From NCBI GenBank assembly GCA_964388425.1, contig CAYMAP010000002.1:1-39053 (forward strand): DNA of 39,053 bases. Direction: 5' to 3'. Below the pieces are notes generated by a model, which saw only the letters and a program-made list of their open reading frames with translations, made no database searches and was not told the DNA's origin. Shown one piece after another: positions 31,894-39,053 of this stretch. The translations under genes and the position numbers were made by a program. Every line of letters begins with the position of its first letter. Position 1 is the stretch's first letter. Origin of the DNA: an uncultured Planctomycetaceae bacterium (GTDB taxonomy: Bacteria; Planctomycetota; Phycisphaerae; SM23-33).

Positions 31894-33810
31894 ATGGACG
31901 TCACCCAACTGCTCAAAGACAACGAGGAAAAGGACCTGCTTCGGTTCGTCACGGCCGGGAGTGTCGACGACGGCAAGAGTACGCTGATCGGTCGGCTGCT
32001 GTACGAATCGAAAGGGATTTTCGAAGACCAACTCGCCAGCATCCAGCAGCGTTCCGCACGGGCAGGCTCGGCCGGGGAAGACCTCGACCTCTCGCTGGTG
32101 ACCGACGGTCTGCGGGCCGAGCGAGAGCAGGGCATCACCATCGACGTGGCCTACCGCTACTTCGCGACGCCCCGGCGGAAGTTCATCATCGCCGACACTC
32201 CCGGTCACGAGCAGTACACCCGCAACACCGCCACGGGCGCCTCGACGGCGAGCCTGATGGTCATCCTCATCGACGCCGAGCAGGGCATCCTCACCCAGTC
32301 CCGCCGGCACGCCTTCATCGCCTCGCTGCTGGGCATCCGGCACCTCGTTGTCGCAGTCAACAAGATGGACCTTGTCGCCTACAGCGAGCGGGTCTATCGG
32401 CAGATCGAGCGGGAGTTCAGCGAATTCCTGACCAAGCTGGAAATCCCGGACGTGGCGTTCATCCCCGTCAGCGCGCTGAAGGGCGACAACGTCGTCCATC
32501 GCAGCCGAAGCATGGAATGGTACCAGGGCAGCACGCTGATGAATTATCTCGAGACGGTTCAGGTCGCCTCGGACCGCAACCTTATCGACCTCCGCCTACC
32601 CGTCCAGTACGTCTGCCGGCCCGACCGGACGTTCCGCGGGTACATGGGCACGATGGCCGGCGGCGTGCTGCGCCCGGGCGACGACGTGCTCATCCTCCCG
32701 TCGGGGACGGCCAACCGCGTCGAGAGCGTCCGCGACCACGACGGGGAATGTGCGGAGGTGTTCCCGCCACTGTCGGTGACCGTTACGCTCGAGAAGGAAA
32801 CCGACGTCAGCCGGGGCGACATGATCGTCCACCCCAAAAACATGCCTCACGTGGGCAACACGTTCGAGGCGATGGTCGTCTGGATGGCCGAGCAGCCCCT
32901 GAAACTCAACCAGCGGTACTTCATCAAACACGCCACCCGCATGGTCGGCGGGCAGGTTTCGGCCCTGCGATACCGCATGGACGTCAACGCCCTGCACCGC
33001 CTGGACGCCGAGACGCTCGATCTCAACGAGATCGGGCGTGTGTCGATGGCGCTGGCGGCTCCGATCGCCTACGACCCCTACAGCCGAAACCACCAGACCG
33101 GCTCGTTCATTGTCATTGACCGCGTGACGAACAACACCGTCGGGGCGGGGATGATCCTCGACCGCAGTTCCAACGAGCTGTACACCGAACCGCAGCAGCG
33201 GATCAGCCAGCCCCGCAGCAGCCACGTCCATGTTCAAACCGACTCCGTCACCCGCGACCAGAGGGCCGAACGCCTCGGGCAGAAGCCCGCGACCGTCTGG
33301 CTGACGGGACTGGTCGGCGCGGGCAAGACAACCTCGGCCTATCTGCTGGAGCGCAAGCTCTTCGACGCCGGCTGCCACGCCGTTGTCCTCGACGGCGAGA
33401 ACCTTCGGCTGGGCGTGAACAAGGACCTCGGGTTCGAGTCGACCGACCGCAGTGAGAACATCCGCCGGGCCGGCGAGATCGCCAAGCTCCTCAACAGCGC
33501 CGGGCAGATCTGCATCTGCGCCCTGCTGAGCCCCCTGGCCGAGGATCGGCAAATCGCCCGCGAGATCGTCGGCGAGGACAGGTTCATCGAGGTCTACCTC
33601 TCAGCCCCGGCGGAGGTCTGCCGGCAGCGGGCCAGCGAACTCTACCAACAGGCCGACCGCGGCGAGGTCGAGCGGTTCCCCGGCGTCACCGCGCCCTACC
33701 AGCCCCCTGACGCCCCGGAACTGATCCTGCCGACCCACGAGCTGCCCCCTGAGGCGTGCGTCGAGAAACTGCTGGCCCTGCTGGCCGACCGCGGGTTCAT
33801 CAAAGGGTGA
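31894..33810 (+). CDS. cysN: Sulfate adenylyltransferase subunit 1 (GTPase) fused to a divergent APS-kinase-like domain (CysNC), 638 aa
   Basis: The GTPase motifs are GSVDDGKST, DTPGHEQY and NKMD. The C-terminal 188 aa (nt 33244..33807) are APS-kinase-like but carry substitutions at conserved positions. Confidence 0.88.
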   Translation: MDVTQLLKDNEEKDLLRFVTAGSVDDGKSTLIGRLLYESKGIFEDQLASIQQRSARAGSAGEDLDLSLVTDGLRAEREQGITIDVAYRYFATPRRKFIIADTPGHEQYTRNTATGASTASLMVILIDAEQGILTQSRRHAFIASLLGIRHLVVAVNKMDLVAYSERVYRQIEREFSEFLTKLEIPDVAFIPVSALKGDNVVHRSRSMEWYQGSTLMNYLETVQVASDRNLIDLRLPVQYVCRPDRTFRGYMGTMAGGVLRPGDDVLILPSGTANRVESVRDHDGECAEVFPPLSVTVTLEKETDVSRGDMIVHPKNMPHVGNTFEAMVVWMAEQPLKLNQRYFIKHATRMVGGQVSALRYRMDVNALHRLDAETLDLNEIGRVSMALAAPIAYDPYSRNHQTGSFIVIDRVTNNTVGAGMILDRSSNELYTEPQQRISQPRSSHVHVQTDSVTRDQRAERLGQKPATVWLTGLVGAGKTTSAYLLERKLFDAGCHAVVLDGENLRLGVNKDLGFESTDRSENIRRAGEIAKLLNSAGQICICALLSPLAEDRQIAREIVGEDRFIEVYLSAPAEVCRQRASELYQQADRGEVERFPGVTAPYQPPDAPELILPTHELPPEACVEKLLALLADRGFIKG

Positions 33811-33925
33811 CAATGGGGTCCTGTTCCCGGGGCTGACGCCCCCGGCTATCCCTCTGACGCCGCTTCTCGACTGAACAACCCCCATTGTCTCCGGCGTTGC
33901 GTGGGAACCGTGCGCGGGTCGAACG

Positions 33926-35197
33926 TCAGTCCCGTTTGCTCAGCACGTCGCGTTCGTACTGCCTGACGTCGTCGAGCCAGTCCAGTCCGGCCGGGACGTC
34001 GTGGCGGAGGCAGCAGGCGTCCCAGACGGCGGCGAGGGGGAAGGTCTTGAGGTCTTCAGCCATCGCCAGCCGACCGGTGAAGTCGCCTTCGAGTTCCATC
34101 GTCCGCAGGCGATCGGCCGGTTCCAGCAGGGCCGCCAGCAGGGCCTTGAGCATCGCCCGCGTTCCGATGACCCAAGCGGCGACGCGGTTGATGCTGGCGT
34201 CGAAGAAGTCCAGCCCGATGTGCGTCCGCTTGAGGAAGTTGCCCCGCACCAGTTCCCGCGCGATGGCGTGGAGTTCGTCGCCGAGCGTCACGACGTGGTC
34301 GCTGTCCCAACGGACGCCCCGGCTGACGTGCAGGAGCAGTTCGGGCACGTACAGCAGGACGGCTGAAAGCTTCTCGGAGATGACCTCGGTCGGATGGAAG
34401 TGCCCGCTGTCCAGCGTCAGCAGGGTTCCTCGCGAGGCGGCATAGCCGAGGTAGAACTCGTGCGAGCCGACGACGTAGGACTCGCTGCCGATGCCGAAGA
34501 GCTTGCTCTCGACGGCGTCGAGGTTGCAGGCCGGGTCGAGCTTCTCGGCAAAAACGGCATCGAGACTCTCCATCAGTCGCTGTCTAGGTCCAAGCCGATC
34601 CGCGGGGGTGTCCTTCATGCCGTCGGGAATCCAGATGTTCGTCACGCAAGGCGAGCCGAGGGTTCGCCCGACATGATCGCCGATCTTTCGACAAGCGCTG
34701 CAGTGCTCGATCCAGAATTGTCTGACCTCGTCCCTGGGGCTGCTGAGCGTCAGGCCTTCCTCGGCCATGGGGTGCGAGAAACACGTCGGGTTGAAGTCCA
34801 TGCCCATGCGGTTGGCTTTGGCCCAGTCGACCCAGGCGGCGTAGTGCTCGGGGGCGATTTCGTTGCGGTCGACCTTCTTGCCACCGAATTCGCCGTAGAT
34901 TGCGTGAAGGTTCAGCCGATGCCTCCCGGGAATCAGCCCCAGCGCGCGGTCGAGGTCGGCCCGGAGTTGCTCTGGCGTTCGCGCTTTGCCGGGGTAGTTG
35001 CCCGTCGCATGAATGCCCCCGCCGGACAGTTCGGCGTCGGGGCTTTCGAACCCGCCCACGTCGTCTCCCTGCCAGCAGTGCAGGCTGATCGGGATTTCGG
35101 AAAGTCGCTGCAGGGCGGCTTCGGTATCGACGCCGATCTCGGCGTAGCGGTCGCGGGCGAGGTCATAAGCGGCTTCGATCTGCTGGCGGTTGGGCAT
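33926..35197 (-). CDS. rhaA: L-rhamnose isomerase, 423 aa
   Basis: The product reads ..[44 protein letters not shown]... The ATG at 35197 with RBS cccGGAGtttccATG is preferred over the TTG at 35227. Confidence 0.88.
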   Translation of the reverse strand: MPNRQQIEAAYDLARDRYAEIGVDTEAALQRLSEIPISLHCWQGDDVGGFESPDAELSGGGIHATGNYPGKARTPEQLRADLDRALGLIPGRHRLNLHAIYGEFGGKKVDRNEIAPEHYAAWVDWAKANRMGMDFNPTCFSHPMAEEGLTLSSPRDEVRQFWIEHCSACRKIGDHVGRTLGSPCVTNIWIPDGMKDTPADRLGPRQRLMESLDAVFAEKLDPACNLDAVESKLFGIGSESYVVGSHEFYLGYAASRGTLLTLDSGHFHPTEVISEKLSAVLLYVPELLLHVSRGVRWDSDHVVTLGDELHAIARELVRGNFLKRTHIGLDFFDASINRVAAWVIGTRAMLKALLAALLEPADRLRTMELEGDFTGRLAMAEDLKTFPLAAVWDACCLRHDVPAGLDWLDDVRQYERDVLSKRD

Positions 35198-35227
35198 GGG
35201 AAACTCCGGGATGTGGTGAGAATTCAA

Positions 35228-35262
35228 GAGTCAGAATACAGGAGTCAGGAGTCAGAATACAG
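35228..35262. repeat. Direct repeat: GAGTCAGAATACAG twice (35228-41 and 35249-62), separated by the partial copy GAGTCAG, with a degenerate fourth unit at 35263-76
   Basis: The two 14-mers are exactly identical, with a 21-nt period. They lie 31-65 nt upstream of the rhaA ATG, in a 179-nt intra-operon spacer. Confidence 0.7.
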
Positions 35263-35376
35263 AAGTCGAATGCCAGGATTCGCAAGTAGGAATTCACAGG
35301 CAGACAGTATCAAGTTGTGGAAAACAGTGTGTCTCGCACGCTTTCTGGCTTTTTGATTTGGTCTGAGGCGGCTCCG

Positions 35377-36450
35377 TCACTGCATCTGTTTTCGGCGATA
35401 GGCTTCGACTTCCCAGTTGTCGATGAATTCGCGTTGCTTGTCGGAGATGTAGTGGATGCCGCCGAAGGCTTCGGCGAGTTGTTTGACCAGGGCGCCGTCC
35501 TGGGCGAACTCCAGTGCGAGGTCGGCGACGTTCTGTGTCGGCCCGATTCCGAAGACGCCTGCCGAGCAGGCGACAACCCGTGGCGGGTAGCCGTACTTCT
35601 TCCGGAAGGCGTCGAGGTTGGCTTGCGTGGGTTCGCCCAGGAGGGGGTAGCTGCGGGCGTAGACGATGTGGTCGGGCGAGATGGGCCCGTCGGCTACCGG
35701 GAAGTGTCCGCCAGCGGCGATGCAGGCGGCGTCGGCCAGGCCGAGGTCGTCGTGCAGCGTCCGCCGAAGGTCCTCGGTTTTCTCGGCCGAGGGGGCTGGG
35801 GAGGTCGGGGACAGTTCCGTCGGGATGCCCGCCCGTTCGTATTCGCCCGCCAGGGCGGTGAGCATATCCTCATAGGCGTGGCGGATGAGTTGCGGGGCGT
35901 CGCCGGCGACGAACACGCCGTGGTTCTGGAGAAACACGACGAGCGGTTCGTCTTCCCCGTTCCGCCGGGCCTGGACCAGGCGATCGCGGACGACCATGCT
36001 CAGCGTGTATCCGGGGTCGGTGTACTCGACCCACAGGGCCTTGGGGCAGACCTCCCGGCAGACGGCCTCGCCGTCTTTGGCGCAGGTCATACCGTTGACC
36101 AGCGTGGGGTGGGTGTGGACCACGAAGGTCGCCTCGAAGGAGTCGTGCAGGGGGGCCTCGACGCTGGGCCGACCGCCCGATCCTTCGCGCACGGCTGCGA
36201 GCATCATGTCCTTGACCATCGCCTCGCGGGCCGTGGAGTCGGCGGGCGGCTCGGCGTGGTACAGCTCGGCGAGCTTCGCACGGTCCAGCGCGACGAAGTC
36301 GCCCGGCTGGATGCCCGCCAGGCTCGTCCCCGACGGTTTGACCAGCAGTGTATCGGGGTCCTTGGCGGAGGTGTTGCCCCCGCCGCCGCGGACGAAATTG
36401 CTCGTGCCGAATTCGTGACTCAGGACCGTAACGGTCTGTCGAAGGTTCAT
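35377..36450 (-). CDS. Class II aldolase/adducin-fold protein resembling the aldolase (RhaE) half of bifunctional rhamnulose-1-phosphate aldolase/lactaldehyde dehydrogenase RhaEW, 357 aa
   Basis: ORF 35377..36567 is trimmed to the ATG at 36450. It has a GGGGNTSAK motif near the N-terminus and VVHTHPT. No short-chain dehydrogenase domain follows. It is adjacent to rhaA. Confidence 0.7.
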   Translation of the reverse strand: MNLRQTVTVLSHEFGTSNFVRGGGGNTSAKDPDTLLVKPSGTSLAGIQPGDFVALDRAKLAELYHAEPPADSTAREAMVKDMMLAAVREGSGGRPSVEAPLHDSFEATFVVHTHPTLVNGMTCAKDGEAVCREVCPKALWVEYTDPGYTLSMVVRDRLVQARRNGEDEPLVVFLQNHGVFVAGDAPQLIRHAYEDMLTALAGEYERAGIPTELSPTSPAPSAEKTEDLRRTLHDDLGLADAACIAAGGHFPVADGPISPDHIVYARSYPLLGEPTQANLDAFRKKYGYPPRVVACSAGVFGIGPTQNVADLALEFAQDGALVKQLAEAFGGIHYISDKQREFIDNWEVEAYRRKQMQ

Positions 36451-36563
36451 GGCGGTCTTCCTCGGGAAGTCTATCCTGGTTCTACTCTGCGATGGTTGGT
36501 GGCGGTCCGTACGGGAATGACGGTATTCACAGCCGGGGGCGGCTGTGGCGCCCGTTGGATGTC

Positions 36564-37676
36564 TCATGCGTATCGCTGGACGGTGTTTTTCATTTCGTCG
36601 TATCGGTCTTCCATCATGCGGACCATTTTGAACTGGGTTCGGCAGCGGTCGAGGTTGTGGTTCTCTCGGTGGACTTTGAAGTAGGTATCGCCAGCGAGGT
36701 GGTCGGTGATGAACCGCAGGCCGATGGTGAAGGTGATCAGGCGTGCGGCGAAGGCGAGGTGGCCGGCCTCGAGGGGGGTGAGAAAGTCGCGGGCGGCTTC
36801 GAGGTAGCCCTTGGCGAGCAACTCGAAGCGGTCGAAGTTCACACCGACCTTGTCGAGGTCCTGTTCGTCTTCCAGTGCGGTGGCCGCGCCGAGGCGGACG
36901 GAGTCTCCGAAGTCGTACATCGCCAGGCCCGGCATGACGGTGTCGAGGTCGATCACGCAGATGCCACGCCCGGTGGCGTCGTCGATCATGACGTTGTTGA
37001 ACTTGGTGTCGTTGTGGGTGGTGCGTTCGGGGACTTTGCCTTCGGCGAGGAGGTCGACGAGGACGGAGGCGGTGTCCTCGCGCTGGAGGGCGAAGTCGAT
37101 TTCCTCGCGGGCGGACTCGGCCCGGCCGGCAACGTCCTTGTCCAGGGCGTCCCGGAAGGCGTCGAAGCGCTTGGAGGTATCATGAAATCCGGGGATGATT
37201 TCGTGCAGACGACCGCCGGGCAGGTCGGCGAGGTCTCGCTGGAAGTTGCCGAACGCCTTGGCGGCGTGGTAGACGTGCTCGTCCTTCTCGACGAGGTCGT
37301 AGGTCTGCGCACCCTCGATGAAGACGTAGGTCCGCCAATAGTTGCCCTCGCCGTCGCGGGCAAAGCAGCGTTCGTCGTGGGCGGGAATGAGCGTGAGGGT
37401 TTCTCGCAGCGGCTCGCCGCCTCGCTGGAGGACCTTGCCGCGTAGATGTTCGGTGACGCGGCGGATGTTGTCCATGAGTTGTTCCGGCTGGGTGAAAATG
37501 GTGTGGTTGATCCGCTGGTGGATGTAGCGGACGTCGCCGGCGGGGGTGCGGAAGGCGCTGGCGTAGGTGTCGTTAATGTGCCCGCTGCCGTAGGGGCGGG
37601 CGTCAAGGAACTCGCCGTCGATCTGGAACAGGTCGCTGATGGCTTTGATGTCATGCTGCATGAACGTCTTTCCCAT
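36564..37676 (-). CDS. APH-fold sugar anomeric kinase, N-acetylhexosamine-1-kinase (NahK)-like, 370 aa
   Basis: It has GSGHINDTY (a nucleotide-loop-like motif), HNDTKFNNVMID (catalytic loop) and IDLDT. The substrate is unknown. Confidence 0.65.
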   Translation of the reverse strand: MGKTFMQHDIKAISDLFQIDGEFLDARPYGSGHINDTYASAFRTPAGDVRYIHQRINHTIFTQPEQLMDNIRRVTEHLRGKVLQRGGEPLRETLTLIPAHDERCFARDGEGNYWRTYVFIEGAQTYDLVEKDEHVYHAAKAFGNFQRDLADLPGGRLHEIIPGFHDTSKRFDAFRDALDKDVAGRAESAREEIDFALQREDTASVLVDLLAEGKVPERTTHNDTKFNNVMIDDATGRGICVIDLDTVMPGLAMYDFGDSVRLGAATALEDEQDLDKVGVNFDRFELLAKGYLEAARDFLTPLEAGHLAFAARLITFTIGLRFITDHLAGDTYFKVHRENHNLDRCRTQFKMVRMMEDRYDEMKNTVQRYA

Positions 37677-37769
37677 GAGTCGTGTGGCACAGCCGCCCTC
37701 GGCTGTGGTTTTGGTATATCGGGTTCTCTCAGCCGGGGCCGACTGAGCTACACGGTGGGGTCTTGTCTC

Positions 37770-38696
37770 TTACTGTGTTTTCCAGAGGGGGCTGGGGTAT
37801 TCGCCGGCCTCGACCAGTTGAGCGATGGCGGACTGGACGCGGGGTTTGTCTTCGGGGTAGGTCACGCCCAGCCAGGCGGAGGGGGTCGGCAGGACGTTCA
37901 CGCGGGCCTTGCCCTCGTCGAGGAGGTCGTTGACGACGGAGGGGATGAAGAACTCGGCCTTGGGGTTGTCGATGTTGTTGCGGAGGAAATCGGCGAAACG
38001 GGCGTCGGCTTCGGCGAGGAAGGAGGGCGTCAAGCCCCACATGTTCATCGAGACGATGCTGTTGGGGTCGATATCCTGCCAGGTCTGGCCGTCGTCGTCG
38101 CTGAACTGAATTCGCCCGTGGTTGCGGGTTTCGACGCGGGTACGTTCGACGATGGACTCGAGGTGTCCGTCGGCGGTGGTGGTGCAGACGCCGCGGGCGA
38201 CGTGGCCGTGCTCCGTGACGGTGTTGACCAGTACGAAGCCGACCATGGCGTATTCCTGGACGCCGGGGCGGTCGGTTGCGGCCGCGAGGAACTTACCGAG
38301 TACGGCGAAGGACTCCCGGCCGTAGAAGTCGTCGGCGTTGATGGCGGCGAAGGGTTCGGCGACGGCGTCTTTGGCCGAGAGCAGCGCGTGGGCGGTGCCC
38401 CAGGGTTTTTTGCGGTCGGAGGGAACCTCGAAGCCCGCCGGCAGGGCCTCGAGTTCCTGGTAGACATAGCGGGTGTCGATCTGCGGCTCGATGGTCCTGC
38501 CGATCTTCTCGCGGAAGAGATCTTCGATGTCTCGGCGGATGATGAAGACGACCTTGCCGAAGCCGGCTCGCAGGGCGTCGAAGATGGCGTAGTCGATGAC
38601 GCCCTCGCCGCTGGGTCCGAACGAGTCGACCTGCTTGAGTCCGCCGTATCGGCTGCCGATACCGGCGGCCATGACGACCAGGGTGGGCTTGCTCAT
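37770..38696 (-). CDS. Sugar-1-phosphate nucleotidyltransferase family protein, 308 aa
   Basis: ORF 37770..38801 is trimmed to the ATG at 38696, an ATGA overlap with eda. It has the signature VVMAAGIGSRYGGLKQ (GxGxR), KPWGTAHA and NADDFYG. Confidence 0.7.
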   Translation of the reverse strand: MSKPTLVVMAAGIGSRYGGLKQVDSFGPSGEGVIDYAIFDALRAGFGKVVFIIRRDIEDLFREKIGRTIEPQIDTRYVYQELEALPAGFEVPSDRKKPWGTAHALLSAKDAVAEPFAAINADDFYGRESFAVLGKFLAAATDRPGVQEYAMVGFVLVNTVTEHGHVARGVCTTTADGHLESIVERTRVETRNHGRIQFSDDDGQTWQDIDPNSIVSMNMWGLTPSFLAEADARFADFLRNNIDNPKAEFFIPSVVNDLLDEGKARVNVLPTPSAWLGVTYPEDKPRVQSAIAQLVEAGEYPSPLWKTQ

Positions 38697-39053
38697 GGTG
38701 TGTCTCCCTTGGCTGCCCGAGCGGCTTGGACCGCCTGGCGGGCGTGGTGGGTGATCGCGTCGAAGTTCCCGGCGGCGATGTCGTCCTTTTTCGCCAGCCA
38801 ACTCCCGCCGACGGCGAGGACGCTGGGCAGGGCGAGATAGTCGGCGAGGTTGTCGGCCTTGATGCCGCCGGTGGGGATGAAGCGGACGCCGGCGTAGGGT
38901 GCTGAGACGGCTTTGAGTGTGCCCGGGCCGCCCATCGCGCCGGCGGGGAAGAATTTCAACGTCGTGCAGCCCAGGCTCATCGCCAGTTCGATGTCCGTCG
39001 GCGTCGCGACGCCGGGGCAGACGGCGATGCCCTTGCTCAGGGCGTGTTCGACG
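38693..39053 (-). CDS. eda: KDPG/KHG aldolase (Eda family), C-terminal part only; the N-terminus lies beyond the window
   Basis: The frame stays open to the window edge: ..VEHALSKGIAVCPGVATPTDIELAMSLGCTTLKFFPAGAMGG..FIPTGGI..AVGGSWL. Confidence 0.75.
   Translation of the reverse strand, partial: VEHALSKGIAVCPGVATPTDIELAMSLGCTTLKFFPAGAMGGPGTLKAVSAPYAGVRFIPTGGIKADNLADYLALPSVLAVGGSWLAKKDDIAAGNFDAITHHARQAVQAARAAKGDTP

Noticed and set aside
33811-33925. A bidirectional terminator between the convergent cysNC and rhaA genes, with stems CAATGGGG/CCCCATTG and CCGGGG/CCCCGG.
   Set aside because: The stems are short (6-8 bp), the loops are large and there is no flanking T/A tract. That is not enough to call a terminator.
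35228-35276. A CRISPR-like reading of the repeats upstream of rhaA.
   Set aside because: There are only two full 14-nt units with a 7-nt partial unit between them. There are no spacers of CRISPR size, no cas genes and no leader.
37688-37714. Hairpin CACAGCCG-CCCT-CGGCTGTG followed by GTTTTGG, which looks like an intrinsic terminator.
   Set aside because: The T-run follows the stem only on the plus strand, where no gene is transcribed. On the coding (minus) strand it sits between two operon genes with no U-tract. It may be an mRNA processing or stability hairpin, but that is unsupported.
1-39053. A search by eye for tRNA, rRNA, tmRNA and RNase P signatures, IS or transposase genes, integrases, phage genes, toxin-antitoxin pairs and defence-system hallmarks.
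   Set aside because: None was recognised. Every long ORF is accounted for by metabolic, signalling or structural genes. The one GTTCGAA-like string (about 27168) lies inside the cysQ coding sequence. A covariance-model scan would be needed to exclude small RNAs.

Overview
This is a GC-rich (by eye about two-thirds G+C, not computed) bacterial chromosomal window. It is almost fully coding, with no rRNA, tRNA, IS element, prophage or CRISPR array that I can recognise. I support 32 CDS. Left to right they are: (1) a family-1 encapsulin shell gene plus an EncFtn ferritin-like cargo gene with a C-terminal targeting peptide, divergent from a CAP/SCP lipoprotein gene. (2) A URO-D-family gene. (3) A minus-strand housekeeping run of a YhaM-like exoribonuclease, ApgM-type mutase, class IV aminotransferase and Nif3. 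(4) The main item, a ~12.9 kb minus-strand run of ten redox genes (20767 down to 7891). Their order is split HdrA, HdrA-like::MvhD-like fusion, MetV, MetF, an orphan HdrC-like protein, a 1489-aa HdrA-GltD/NfnB-HdrA fusion (HdrL-type), MvhD, then FlxC-, FlxB- and FlxA-like proteins. Six of its nine junctions are 4-nt ATGA/GTGA overlaps, and no CCG-domain HdrB is present. (5) A divergent OFA-family MFS transporter. (6) A secreted tandem-DUF4159 protein. (7) A PAS-PAS-PAS / degenerate histidine kinase / receiver protein that lacks the phospho-acceptor His. (8) A ~670-bp intergenic region with an AT-rich island and a ~155-nt multi-hairpin element. (9) A PAPS-cycle plus GDP-fucose locus, cysQ-fcl-gmd divergent from cysC-cysD-cysNC. 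(10) A minus-strand sugar operon of partial eda, a nucleotidyltransferase, an APH-fold anomeric-type kinase, a standalone RhaE-type aldolase and rhaA. Non-coding observations are a 45-nt intergenic repeat (38/45 identical, two copies), a related pair of 19-nt hairpins with one compensatory base-pair change, and a 14-nt direct repeat upstream of rhaA. All function calls come from motif-level reading of the supplied translations, and no database search was run. Taxonomy is not determinable here; the gene content suggests an anaerobe, possibly of the PVC group, which is a weak inference.
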